Positions 10,581-20,569 are shown, numbered from the stretch's first letter. The stretch: DNA of 64,000 nt from an uncultured Erysipelotrichaceae bacterium (GCA_902800355.1 CADCEE010000004.1:16175-80174), one strand, 5' to 3'. Translations and numbers: made by a program. The notes: generated by a model not told the origin, from the letters alone.

Positions 10581-10615
10581 CTTATCTCTTTATTATATAT
10601 AATAAAATAATTTAA

Positions 10616-10984
10616 TTATTTGTGTTCGTCCCAGTGTTTTTTTATTAACACCCAGGTAGTATCAGAAATATCATGTTCCATACGACAAGCGTCTTCTGAA
10701 GCTGTCTCTTCATCTACTCCTAAATACATGAGCATTCTCGTTAAAACAATATGCTTTTCTAAAGTTTTTTGAGCGATTTCTTTTCCGGAATCAGTTAAAG
10801 AAATATCACCCTTGTCATTAATCTCGATATAACCTAATTCTTTAAGTTTATTCATCGCAATCGAAACTGAAGGTTTAGAAAAATTCATTTCACGAGCGAT
10901 ATCAATCGCATGAACTGATTCTTTCTTTTGAGAAATTTGTAAGATTTTTTCTAAATAATCTTCTTGTGATTCTAAACGTTTCAT
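10616..10984 (-). CDS. DtxR/MntR-family metal-dependent transcriptional repressor (short form)
   Basis: 122 aa. QEDYLEKI, wHTH IAREMNFSKPSVSIAMNKLKELGYI, and EKHIVLTRML...EDACRMEH dimerisation/metal-site region. Confidence 0.85.
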   Translation of the reverse strand: MKRLESQEDYLEKILQISQKKESVHAIDIAREMNFSKPSVSIAMNKLKELGYIEINDKGDISLTDSGKEIAQKTLEKHIVLTRMLMYLGVDEETASEDACRMEHDISDTTWVLIKKHWDEHK

Positions 10985-11006
10985 AACTTAATTATTTTAA
11001 TACTAA

Positions 11007-11801
11007 TTAAAATTGAATGCAATCAAGGGCTAACATAATAATAAAGCCTAAAATAAATGACCAAACTCCAAAATGATCATGACCTTCACTAGTCATTTCT
11101 GGAATCATTTCTTCGGCGACCACATAAATCATACATCCTGCAGCAAAAGCTAATGCCCAAGGCATAATGCCTTGAATTTGCATAGCTAAGAATAGACCAA
11201 TAACTGCAGCGATTGGTTCTACTATTCCTGATAACATTCCAAAGACAAATGCTTTTTTAGATGATCCTGTTTCACTTTTAATAGGTAAAGAGACCACTGC
11301 TCCTTCTGGGATATTTTGTATACCAATACCAACCGCTAATAATAAAGCGCCCATTAATAAAGCTGCGTTATTTGGTTGAGAAAGCGCGACACCAAAAGCA
11401 ATACCAACTGATAGTCCTTCTGGAACATTATGAATGGTGACTGCGATAAACATCTTACTTGTTTTACTTAGTCTTCTAGTTGGTAAACCTTCATCAGAAT
11501 TCTCAGAAGCGTGAAAGTGAGGAATAATTTTATCGATAAGCCATAAAAATCCCGCTCCTAGAGCAATAGATATCATTACTATCACCCAAGTAGGCATATA
11601 ACTTACATTTGCCTCTAAAGCTGGTTTAATTAATGAGAAAAATGAAGCGGAAAACATTACCCCAGCGGCAAAGCCAATAAATATCTTATTTAATCTAGGA
11701 GAAATATCTTTTTTTCTTATAAAGAAAACAAATAACGCTCCTAAAGTTGTACATATAAATATTAAAGGTATCCCAATTAAAGGGTAGACATATTGTTCCA
11801 T
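11007..11801 (-). CDS. ZIP-family divalent metal transporter (ZupT/GufA-like)
   Basis: 8 TM helices; HNVPEGLSVG and QNIPEGAVV motifs. Confidence 0.88.
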   Translation of the reverse strand: MEQYVYPLIGIPLIFICTTLGALFVFFIRKKDISPRLNKIFIGFAAGVMFSASFFSLIKPALEANVSYMPTWVIVMISIALGAGFLWLIDKIIPHFHASENSDEGLPTRRLSKTSKMFIAVTIHNVPEGLSVGIAFGVALSQPNNAALLMGALLLAVGIGIQNIPEGAVVSLPIKSETGSSKKAFVFGMLSGIVEPIAAVIGLFLAMQIQGIMPWALAFAAGCMIYVVAEEMIPEMTSEGHDHFGVWSFILGFIIMLALDCIQF

Positions 11802-11802
11802 A

Positions 11803-12051
11803 TTATCTCCATCTGAAGAATTTTTTAACCGCTATAGATTTATTATAAGAGGTAATTCGATATCCAGTTGAATCAAAAATCTTCTTAAAATCATCTTCGC
11901 TTAATTCTAATTCTGTAATAACAATAACATTATTTTTGATATGTGAGGCACTAACTTTTTTAAGTTTAATCGCTTTTCTTAATTTATCTTCGACATGCAT
12001 CTCACACATTCCACACCCCATGCCGTCGATTCCTAATATATATTTATTCAT
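11803..12051 (-). CDS. Heavy-metal-associated (HMA) domain protein, CopZ-like
   Basis: GMGCGMCEMHVE metal-binding motif near the N-terminus; 82 aa; 1-nt gap to the ZIP gene. Confidence 0.8.
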   Translation of the reverse strand: MNKYILGIDGMGCGMCEMHVEDKLRKAIKLKKVSASHIKNNVIVITELELSEDDFKKIFDSTGYRITSYNKSIAVKKFFRWR

Positions 12052-12075
12052 AATTCTTTATCTCCTTGATGACTG

Positions 12076-12093
12076 AGTTAGTCATAGCTAACT
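12076..12093. promoter_or_regulatory. Third operator-like palindrome AGTTAG-N6-CTAACT, upstream of the HMA-ZIP-repressor operon
   Basis: AGTTAGtcatagCTAACT lies directly downstream of a candidate minus-strand promoter (ATGACA-16 nt-TATTAT) and upstream of the GGAG SD. Confidence 0.5.
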
Positions 12094-12207
12094 ATAATAT
12101 CATAAACAATATTATTGTCATAGAATTACGATAATATTTTTTATAAGTGTGACACTTTTGTGCGCATATTTATATATAATATATATGTATGAAAGCGAGG
12201 ATAGTTC

Positions 12208-14385
12208 ATGAAAAAAAGTAAACTATTTTTATTTCCTGTTTTATGTGGAATGTTTTTAGGTTCATGTGGTGAAACTGCTCCAGCAAAAAAAGCCACAATC
12301 AATATTGAAGCAAATGAGTATATGACTACCACATTAAAAGAAGGAGAATACGAATTAAACAAAGCTATTGAATTTACTGTTAGCCCAATAAACGAAGAAT
12401 ATAGCGTTTCTTCCGTAAAGATGAATGAAGTGGAATTACCACCAAGTAATGGTAATAATTATACGTTCACTCCTACTGAAGAAAAGGCATATACCTTAAA
12501 AGTCACAACAAACAAATTAGAAAACAAAGTAGTCTACACTTTTGAAGAATTAACTGAAGAGAACTACGCACAAAAGCTAACAAAAGGTGGAACTAGAGTG
12601 TTTGTTGAACCTTATGTCACTGAGGCTGGCTTTGAAAACGTATTTAAAAATAACAATTTAAACGTTGCTAACGACAAACAATTTAAATTAATTTGTCGTA
12701 CTCAAAGCGAAGACAAAAACGTCTGGATTAGAAGAATTGAATTCACCTTTGTTGGAGACAAAAATCAGTTAGCGTTAATCAACGCTGATGAATTTGAAAG
12801 TTATGAAAATGGAGTTTGGACCACTACTTTAACTAAAGGTAATCTAGGACAAAATTCCATTGATTTTAAAGGTGTTAACGATGCGGTCATATCTAAAATT
12901 GTCATAACCACCGCTCCATATGTAGCTGAGAAAGCCAAATTAGTATTTAATGGCTTAGATGCTAATGACAAAGTTTATTCATTTGATGGTTTCGCATATG
13001 AAGAATGGCAAAAAAGAAAATTAGTCTCTTCAGATACTGAATTTGTGACTTTACAAACATATTATCTTTATGTCGAATTTAGCCAAAATCATGCTGAATA
13101 CTATAGTGCCTTAAGTATGAAATTTGGTAATAAAGCAGTCCAAGATCGTAAGCTTTATGATCCTGAGGGAAAAGAAATTGTTGTTTATAGCATCTTGCTA
13201 AGTGACGATGATGTAATAGATGGCAAAGTCACAATCAACGGTACTTGGACACCAAAAATTGCTAACGAACACTTTGTTATTGACGCTGAATCCGCGAATA
13301 AATATGTTAAAGGATTTATGGAAACAGAAGCTAAAGCTTCTCTATATTTAGAAAATGCGATTGGTTTTGGTAATAATGTTTCTATTAACTTAAGACCAAA
13401 AAGAGGATATAAAAATCTTAAAATGATTGTCAACGGACAAACCATTGAAAGAGAAGAAGAAAAAGATTTATATACTTTCACTGTTCCATTTGCTAAACCA
13501 ATTAATTTCTCCTTTACTGCTGAAGAAGGTGAAAGAGAAGAAGAAGGTAAAGAAGTTATCGAATTAACCGGCACCAATAAAGAGAAAGGCAAATTATTAG
13601 CCGCAGAACTTGAAGGTGCAATTTATGTAACATTCTACGCTAATGAAGATCATCCAACCGCTACTCTTACTGCTATATCATTTGAAGGCTCACCTTTATC
13701 TCCAGCTACACCTCCAGATGGCGAAGAAGAACCAGAAATGAAGATCTATAAGCTAAATAGCGAACAAACTCAAAAATATAAGGATGCTACTAAAGAACAA
13801 AGATCTAAGTATTTCGAAGTTACCATTGAAGAACAAGATTCTTATAAATCTACTTTAAGAATTAATAAAGGTGCTTTCAAAGTTGAAATCGAAGGTAAGC
13901 AAGCAAGGGAAGAAATGGGTTATGATGTTTATGAAGTTGATGGCAAGAGCTCTGTCACCGTTAAATTCACACTTAATGAATATAAAGATCTCCATTCTAT
14001 CGAAGTTAATGATAAGAGATTAACGGATGGTGAATACACCGTTAATCCAGATGGATCCATTAGTTATACTTTTGCTGCTAAAGCAAAAACTTATGATTTC
14101 ATAGTTCAAACCAAGGCTCAAAAAGTGACCTTATCTTTAGATGAGACTTCCACTACTGGATATACCATTAAAGAATTACCTAAAGAATTTGAAGTTGGTC
14201 TAAAAGTTAGATTATCTTTAGGAGTCACCGACGAGAATAAATATTCGTTATATGATAAAATCATTACTGTTACTTATAACGGAGCACAATTAGTTGTGGA
14301 TGAAACTAACTTCACATTTGAAATTCTTCCACTTAAAGGAATTGAAAAAATTAAGGTTGTCGTAACGGACAAGCCTCAAGCCTAA
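12208..14385 (+). CDS. Large surface lipoprotein of unknown function, built from repeated beta-rich modules
   Basis: Signal peptide with lipobox FLGSC. At least four modules end in a related YTF/FTF...x-F/L-x-V pattern (NNYTFTPTEEKAYTLKV, DLYTFTVPFAKPINFSF, ISYTFAAKAKTYDFIV, TNFTFEILPLKGIEKIKVVV). Confidence 0.75.
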   Translation: MKKSKLFLFPVLCGMFLGSCGETAPAKKATINIEANEYMTTTLKEGEYELNKAIEFTVSPINEEYSVSSVKMNEVELPPSNGNNYTFTPTEEKAYTLKVTTNKLENKVVYTFEELTEENYAQKLTKGGTRVFVEPYVTEAGFENVFKNNNLNVANDKQFKLICRTQSEDKNVWIRRIEFTFVGDKNQLALINADEFESYENGVWTTTLTKGNLGQNSIDFKGVNDAVISKIVITTAPYVAEKAKLVFNGLDANDKVYSFDGFAYEEWQKRKLVSSDTEFVTLQTYYLYVEFSQNHAEYYSALSMKFGNKAVQDRKLYDPEGKEIVVYSILLSDDDVIDGKVTINGTWTPKIANEHFVIDAESANKYVKGFMETEAKASLYLENAIGFGNNVSINLRPKRGYKNLKMIVNGQTIEREEEKDLYTFTVPFAKPINFSFTAEEGEREEEGKEVIELTGTNKEKGKLLAAELEGAIYVTFYANEDHPTATLTAISFEGSPLSPATPPDGEEEPEMKIYKLNSEQTQKYKDATKEQRSKYFEVTIEEQDSYKSTLRINKGAFKVEIEGKQAREEMGYDVYEVDGKSSVTVKFTLNEYKDLHSIEVNDKRLTDGEYTVNPDGSISYTFAAKAKTYDFIVQTKAQKVTLSLDETSTTGYTIKELPKEFEVGLKVRLSLGVTDENKYSLYDKIITVTYNGAQLVVDETNFTFEILPLKGIEKIKVVVTDKPQA

Positions 14386-14402
14386 TCAACACTCAAATAA
14401 TA

Positions 14403-14430
14403 ACAGCCCTTTATAGGGCTGTTTTCTTTT
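14403..14430. terminator. Bidirectional rho-independent terminator
   Basis: ACAGCCCT-ttat-AGGGCTGT followed by TTTCTTTT; A-rich on the other side; lies between convergent genes. Confidence 0.85.
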
Positions 14431-14432
14431 GC

Positions 14433-15377
14433 TTATCTTTTGCCTTTATCGTATGGCTCGCCTAGAGCTTTCGGGCCAACATTTTTCTTACTGGTAAATA
14501 TCAGAACAATTAAACACACCACATAAGGAAGCGCTAAATAGAAATAAGATGATATACCAAGTTTTTCTAAGAAATTAATTGAAGAATAGAAAACTGATAA
14601 TGTCTTAAATCCTGAGAAGATTAAAGCCCCTAATAAAATGTATAAAGGCTTCCACTGACCAAAGATTAATACCGCTAATGCGAGATAACCAAATCCCGTT
14701 GCCCCGTTAGCGAATTCCCATTCAGAATTCATAGTGATTAAGAATAACCCACCAAATCCTGCTAACATTCCAGAAAGAAGGATACCAATATATCTAGTCT
14801 TATTAACATTAATTCCTAAAGAATCCGCACTTGATGGGTTTTCTCCACAGCTAGAAAGTCTTAAACCAAATCTAGTTTTATAAATAACAACGTAAATAAT
14901 AGGGACTAAAACTAAAGCAATAATGATAAGCCAATTAAATCTCACTCCTTGCATACCAAAGAAGTTAACATTAAATATCTCATAAAATCTCATAAATGAG
15001 AGTCTAGAATTACCAACTGGTAAAGCTTCAGTTTTAGTGATTTGTTTAATTAAGACTACTGCTAAAGCAGTAGCTAAGATATTTAAAGCAGTTCCAACTA
15101 AAGTTTGATCGGCTTTAAAAGTGACACAGGCTACCGCTAATAAAAGAGAATATAGTCCTGCACTAACTATCGCCACTAGAATGACTATTAAAGCACTAAT
15201 TCCAGCTGGTACTGTATTAGGAAGTACATACATCACCATACCAGCGTTAAAAGCGCCAAAAGTCATGCAGCCTTCTAAAGACAAAGCTACTGTGCCGCTT
15301 TTTTCAGAGAACATTCCTCCTAAAGCGACAATAGTAAGAATAGAAACAAACGCTAAAAGAAATAATACAGCACTCAT
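14433..15377 (-). CDS. ABC transporter permease (BMP/nucleoside uptake family, YufQ/NupQ-like)
   Basis: Polytopic membrane protein; last gene of the BMP-type ABC operon; overlaps the upstream permease by 4 nt. Confidence 0.85.
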   Translation of the reverse strand: MSAVLFLLAFVSILTIVALGGMFSEKSGTVALSLEGCMTFGAFNAGMVMYVLPNTVPAGISALIVILVAIVSAGLYSLLLAVACVTFKADQTLVGTALNILATALAVVLIKQITKTEALPVGNSRLSFMRFYEIFNVNFFGMQGVRFNWLIIIALVLVPIIYVVIYKTRFGLRLSSCGENPSSADSLGINVNKTRYIGILLSGMLAGFGGLFLITMNSEWEFANGATGFGYLALAVLIFGQWKPLYILLGALIFSGFKTLSVFYSSINFLEKLGISSYFYLALPYVVCLIVLIFTSKKNVGPKALGEPYDKGKR

Positions 15378-16516
15378 ACTTTGTTCTCCTTATTCCTACT
15401 TAGCTTATTAAGTTCGTTTTTAATTTCAAATTTCCTCATCACTTCTTTTATAAAGAAGACAAATCCAGATAAATAAATAATTACTGAAGTCATAATTGAA
15501 GCAGTTTCAGGAGAGTAGCCTAAATCAGTAATCATCGAACCACCTTCAGTGATGTGCATAATGAAATATGAAGAGAAGATTACTCCAATTGGGTGAAGTC
15601 CTCCTAAGAAGGCGGATGATATACCTTGGAAACCAATTTCCGGAGGAACAGAAGATAATCTCCAAGTAGTAAAGCCGTTTTGTAGATTAAGCGAAGCTGC
15701 TAATCCTGCTAAAGCTCCAGAAATAGCAGTCGCTATTAAAATACTTTTAACTTTGCTAATTCCTGCGTATCTAGCCGCATCGCTATTTAATCCAGTAGCC
15801 TTAAGCTCATAGCCCACTGTGGTCTTCTTTAATAATATAAAGATGATAATCACCACTATTAAGATTAATATCATTCCTAATCCAACAATGGTGTTACCGG
15901 CAAACAATTTGTCTAGTCCAATAGAAGGAATAAAGGAATTAGATTCGCTTGTAATTGCAACTGATTCAGAGTGGGCACCATCCCAAATGGTTTTACCAGC
16001 ATTAGATAAAATGCCATTAACCAAATATAAAGCAATCCAGTTAAGCATAATTCCCGAAATAACTTCGTTAACATTAAAGAACGCTTTTAATAATCCAGTA
16101 ATAGCAGACCAAATAGCCGCAGCAATCATGGCGATAATCATCACAACAAACCATGGCCAATTCGCTCCTGAACCTAAAAGGCAAATCACAAGTACGGCAA
16201 TAGAATATTGTCCAGAAGCACCTAAATTAAATAGACCTGCTTTATAAGAAACTAAAATTGATAAGCTCATCGCAATTAAAGGCGCGGTCTTAGCTAAAGT
16301 TTGCCCAAAATAATTAATTCGATCACTATGGCTAGAAAAGATTAAATAGTTACCTAAAACCGATGTCATGCCATATCCAGCATTAGAAGGATTAATAACT
16401 AATAAAATTAAAAAACCTAAAATTAAACCAAGTAAAGCGCACCATATAGAGGTCACTACTGTCTTAGTGGCGTCTTTTTTAATTAAAGAAGAGAAAAATG
16501 ATTTCACTTTATTCAT
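15374..16516 (-). CDS. ABC transporter permease (BMP/nucleoside uptake family, YufP/NupP-like)
   Basis: Polytopic membrane protein in operon context; overlaps the ATPase gene by 8 nt. Confidence 0.85.
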   Translation of the reverse strand: MNKVKSFFSSLIKKDATKTVVTSIWCALLGLILGFLILLVINPSNAGYGMTSVLGNYLIFSSHSDRINYFGQTLAKTAPLIAMSLSILVSYKAGLFNLGASGQYSIAVLVICLLGSGANWPWFVVMIIAMIAAAIWSAITGLLKAFFNVNEVISGIMLNWIALYLVNGILSNAGKTIWDGAHSESVAITSESNSFIPSIGLDKLFAGNTIVGLGMILILIVVIIIFILLKKTTVGYELKATGLNSDAARYAGISKVKSILIATAISGALAGLAASLNLQNGFTTWRLSSVPPEIGFQGISSAFLGGLHPIGVIFSSYFIMHITEGGSMITDLGYSPETASIMTSVIIYLSGFVFFIKEVMRKFEIKNELNKLSRNKENKV

Positions 16517-18143
16517 TTACACCCTCCTTAATCGCATTAACTACGTCTTTTTTAGCGCCTGACATATATAAACCTAAAGTTTCTTTATTAACTTCATTAG
16601 GGGTAAATTCACCCACTATTTCTCCTTCATACATCACTAATATCCTATCTGAAAGAGCAAAGACTTGGTCTAATTCTAAAGAGACTAACAATATTGCTTT
16701 ATCTTCTTCTCTTTGCTTAAGCAAAAGGTTATGAATTCCTTCAATTGCACCAACATCTAAACCTCTAGTTGGTTGAACGGCAATTAATAAATCTTGGTTA
16801 CGTTCAATTTCTCGACCAACAATAATTTTTTGTTGGTTTCCTCCAGACATACTTCTAACGATGGTGTTTCCGTCTCCACTAGATCTCACATCATATTTAT
16901 CAATTAATTCATCCGCATATTTTTTAATGTTCTTTTCATTTAAAAATAAGCATTTAGAAAATTCTTTTTCATAATATCGATCTAATACAGTGTTCTCATA
17001 AATTGAATAATCCAAGATTAAGCCATGCTTATGTCTATCTTCTGGAATGTGAGAAATACCAGCTTTAATCTTTTCTCTAATTGAATAAGAAGATATATCT
17101 TTCTTATCTAAAGTGATAACTCCGTCATGGGCCTTTTTAATTCCAGTAATACCGTAAACCACTTCTTGTTGTCCGTTACCGTCAATTCCCGCTAAGGTGA
17201 CGATTTCTCCTTTTCTAACATTAAAGGAGACATCATTAACCACTTTCTTTTTAGAAAATGGGTCAATCATTGTTAAATGTTCTACTCTTAAGACTTCTTC
17301 TTTTGGAGTTTTTTTAGTTTTCCCATTAAATTCTTTAAGTTTCCTTCCTACCATTAAAGCGGAGATTTCTTCTTTAGTGGTCTCGCTAGTTTTTAAAGTA
17401 TCAATATATTGACCTTTTCTAATGACAGTGATTTCATCACTGACTTCAAATACTTCATTAAGTTTATGAGAGATAAAGATAATGGATTTACCTTCTTTTT
17501 TAAGGTTATTCATTACTTTTAAGAAGTCTTGAATTTCTTGCTCAGTTAATACCGCGGTTGGTTCATCAAAAATAAGGATCTCGTTTTTTCGATATAGCAT
17601 TTTAATGATTTCGACTTTTTGCTGCATTTCTACAGAGATATCTTTAATCTTCTTATCTAAATCAACTTGAAGATCATATTGATTAATAATTTTATTAATG
17701 TCTTCTCTAGCTTTTTTATAATCAATAATTTTAAAAATCTTTTTATTTAAATAATTAAGTGACTTCTTAACAAAGTTAAGATTGTCGCCTCTATATTCTT
17801 TAAGAGTTTCATCACCTAAAATAATATTTTGTAAAACGGTAAAGGTATCCACTAGTTTAAAATGTTGATGGACCATACCGATATTTAAACTGGTCGCATC
17901 ATTAGGATTGGTGATTTTTACCACTTCTCCTTCTTTTTTAATAACTCCCTCATCTGGAGTATAGAGCCCAAATAAAATCGACATGATTGTGGATTTACCC
18001 GCTCCATTTTCTCCGCATAACGCTAAAATGTGACCTTTTTGAAGTCTAATATCAATGTGGTCATTAGCCAATATATTACCAAATCTTTTGGTAATCCCTA
18101 ACATTTCAATCGCGTAATTTTCTTTCATATTAGTTAATATCAC
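16509..18143 (-). CDS. ABC transporter ATP-binding protein with duplicated ABC domains (YufO/NupO-like)
   Basis: First Walker A GENGAGKST, second-domain P-loop region GIDGNGQ, signature-like SGGNQQK; 544 aa. Confidence 0.9.
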   Translation of the reverse strand: MILTNMKENYAIEMLGITKRFGNILANDHIDIRLQKGHILALCGENGAGKSTIMSILFGLYTPDEGVIKKEGEVVKITNPNDATSLNIGMVHQHFKLVDTFTVLQNIILGDETLKEYRGDNLNFVKKSLNYLNKKIFKIIDYKKAREDINKIINQYDLQVDLDKKIKDISVEMQQKVEIIKMLYRKNEILIFDEPTAVLTEQEIQDFLKVMNNLKKEGKSIIFISHKLNEVFEVSDEITVIRKGQYIDTLKTSETTKEEISALMVGRKLKEFNGKTKKTPKEEVLRVEHLTMIDPFSKKKVVNDVSFNVRKGEIVTLAGIDGNGQQEVVYGITGIKKAHDGVITLDKKDISSYSIREKIKAGISHIPEDRHKHGLILDYSIYENTVLDRYYEKEFSKCLFLNEKNIKKYADELIDKYDVRSSGDGNTIVRSMSGGNQQKIIVGREIERNQDLLIAVQPTRGLDVGAIEGIHNLLLKQREEDKAILLVSLELDQVFALSDRILVMYEGEIVGEFTPNEVNKETLGLYMSGAKKDVVNAIKEGVNE

Positions 18144-19233
18144 CGTGAGAAAAAACTTTTGTATATTCGCTTACAGGTAATTTGTCAGGATCCAAATCAG
18201 TTTTGCTACTTACTGCTTCTGGATTATCAACTAAGAATTGGACCAAGGCTTTATATTCATCGATAGTGAATTTTTTCATTCTCCAAGTATCTAAAGGAAG
18301 TTGAACATAATTTTCTTCAAGGTGCTCACCAGATTCTAATCCAAGATTCATCATTTTGTGTTCAAGCGGTATACCTTGATAGCACATTTCAAGCTTATCA
18401 ATAACTGTCTTTTTAATCATTTTCATGGCGCTAGTGACGCAAATACCTTCTCCATAGTCACGATCAACAATTGGAGCTTGATCGCTATCAACTCCAACCA
18501 TATAACCGCCATTCCCTTTAGCAGCTAACGCCACAGAAGTATAAATACTTCCTCCACAAGAAAATACTATTTCTGTGCCTTTTTTATACCATTGGTCTAT
18601 GTAACTAAATATTTCAGGAGAACCGAAAAATTGCCCACCATAAACAAAATCTATATCAATATGTTCTTTTAGTTCTTTAGCAGCAGCGTCTGCTCCTTGA
18701 ATATAGCCATAACCATATCTAGTAATCGATTCGAATTTCTGCCCACCTAAAAAGCCTAGTTCTCTAAATCCTTCTTTTACCACTGCATATCCTGCTAAAT
18801 AACCCGCTATTTCTTCGTGATAGTTATAAATAGTGACGTTATTATGCATAGTAACACTAGAAATATCTAAACCGATAAATTCCACATTTGGGTGTTCAGC
18901 AGCGACAACAGAAATTGGGTTGCCTAATGCAAACCCTGGACACAAAATAACATCATAGCCTCTATCAATAGCTAAACGCATTGATTTAATTCTTTCAGCG
19001 TCAGATGTCGCGGCAGGTTTATAGTAGTTAAAAGTAACATTATGTTTTCTACTCCACTCTTTAGCCCCTTCATAACACGCTTGGTTAAATGAGCCATCAT
19101 TAACATCAGAGAAATCAGTAACCATCGCTACTTTAAATTCATCGCCATTATTTCTACCCACTGTTCCTAAAGTAAAAACAAGAGTAAAAAATACTGATGC
19201 AGTGACAAGTAATGCTATAAGCATTTTTTTCAT
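18130..19233 (-). CDS. BMP-family (PnrA/Med-like) substrate-binding protein, probable nucleoside receptor
   Basis: VAMVTDFSDVNDGSFNQ signature region. The N-terminus is an uncleaved-looking TM anchor without a lipobox Cys. Confidence 0.85.
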   Translation of the reverse strand: MKKMLIALLVTASVFFTLVFTLGTVGRNNGDEFKVAMVTDFSDVNDGSFNQACYEGAKEWSRKHNVTFNYYKPAATSDAERIKSMRLAIDRGYDVILCPGFALGNPISVVAAEHPNVEFIGLDISSVTMHNNVTIYNYHEEIAGYLAGYAVVKEGFRELGFLGGQKFESITRYGYGYIQGADAAAKELKEHIDIDFVYGGQFFGSPEIFSYIDQWYKKGTEIVFSCGGSIYTSVALAAKGNGGYMVGVDSDQAPIVDRDYGEGICVTSAMKMIKKTVIDKLEMCYQGIPLEHKMMNLGLESGEHLEENYVQLPLDTWRMKKFTIDEYKALVQFLVDNPEAVSSKTDLDPDKLPVSEYTKVFSHGDIN

Positions 19234-19270
19234 AACAACAATTGTATACCTTTTATATTTACTTGTTTAG

Positions 19271-19297
19271 CAAAAAAACTAACACATCGTGCCAGTT
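19271..19297 (-). terminator. Possible rho-independent terminator after the lipoprotein gene
   Basis: On the minus strand: AACTGGCAC-gat-GTGTTAGTT imperfect hairpin followed by TTTTTTT. Confidence 0.45.
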
Positions 19298-19304
19298 TAT
19301 TTTT

Positions 19305-20207
19305 TTACTTATAATAATAGGATTTTGGGATATCAATTTCCGTTTTAAATGATAGCTTGATTTCAAATTTAGACATCGTGCTATAAAGGATATAAGTCAA
19401 ACTAGATAGGTAGCCCTTTTGGAATTTAATTTGTGAACTAAAGACGCCACTTTCATTATATAAATAATAACCACCAAGTTCGGCGTTAAATTCATATTCT
19501 TTAAAATCAAACATATGGACATAGATTTCGTGTTGAATTCTATATGTATATTTATTTTCTAAGTCTAGGCTAGTTTCTTGCCTTGAATATTCTCCTTTAG
19601 AATAAATGTATTCATAAAAGGTATTACCTGTACTATTTTTTCTTTCGTAATATAAAGTTCCGGCTGAAGTTTCAACATGATAGCCGTTTTTAGTGAATTC
19701 TTCTAATGTATATGTTCCACCAGAATAGGCTTCATAAGTATAGTTATAATTCTTCCTAAATTCAGACAAAGAGGCACTTCTAAATGCGTTCCATGTACTT
19801 TCAGTCACCATTTCTCCATCTCCATCAGAATCAAAAGGAGGATTAGAGTCTTTTAATGTATGAGCGGGTACAGTGACTTTCTCAGGATCCCCTCCACCTT
19901 TAGGCGAACTAGCAAATGTGGCGGTATAAGTAGCGTCCGCAACTGCTGCCACTACTTTAGGAGTCCAACCGCTCCAAGTATATTTATAAGAACTATCATC
20001 AGGTTTAGTAGGTGTGGCCCCATCATAACTAGGGACAGCACCTTCTTTTACTCTTCTATCGGTTTCTAAAATAGTCCCGTCATAGTTTTTCCAAGTAATA
20101 CGGTAATAATTTGTCCCGCTTGGTGGATCGACTGGATCACCGCCTTTAGAACAACTAGATACTAAAATAAGACTAGTTAATAGGAGAAACGTTCCACTTC
20201 TTTTCAT
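19305..20207 (-). CDS. Lipoprotein of unknown function
   Basis: Lipobox LVSSC. The N-terminal segment YRITWKNYDGTILE...YKYTWSGWTPKV...ATYTATF resembles a Listeria/Bacteroides-type beta repeat. Confidence 0.7.
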   Translation of the reverse strand: MKRSGTFLLLTSLILVSSCSKGGDPVDPPSGTNYYRITWKNYDGTILETDRRVKEGAVPSYDGATPTKPDDSSYKYTWSGWTPKVVAAVADATYTATFASSPKGGGDPEKVTVPAHTLKDSNPPFDSDGDGEMVTESTWNAFRSASLSEFRKNYNYTYEAYSGGTYTLEEFTKNGYHVETSAGTLYYERKNSTGNTFYEYIYSKGEYSRQETSLDLENKYTYRIQHEIYVHMFDFKEYEFNAELGGYYLYNESGVFSSQIKFQKGYLSSLTYILYSTMSKFEIKLSFKTEIDIPKSYYYK

Positions 20208-20215
20208 AATAAAGA

Positions 20216-20569
20216 TTATTTTACCATATTAAAATAAGGGCAAGCAATTTTGCCTTCTAAAGTCATAAGTCCTTTTTTATCTAATTCAATGCATCGATTA
20301 ATATTTGTGTCGGTCCAATGGGATTTCTTTTTTCTTGGTGAAAATCTTAATATAAGTGATCCATTTATATTTCGTAATGTAGAATCTATCCAACCAAAGC
20401 ATAAGGCTGCATTAACGGAATCAATATAACTTATCGTGTCGATGCATTCTTCAGGTTTCTTTTTTAATATCTTTACATATAATTCATTTTCTTTTTGATA
20501 GTTAGTTAAAAACCAAGAATACATTTCTTCAAAGCTTTTAAATTCAAAAAAAGTCATGTCGGTTTTCAC
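20216..20569 (-). CDS. YdeI/OmpD-associated family protein
   Basis: AALCFGWIDS...RFSPRKKKSHWT pattern typical of this family; 117 aa. Confidence 0.65.
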   Translation of the reverse strand: MKTDMTFFEFKSFEEMYSWFLTNYQKENELYVKILKKKPEECIDTISYIDSVNAALCFGWIDSTLRNINGSLILRFSPRKKKSHWTDTNINRCIELDKKGLMTLEGKIACPYFNMVK

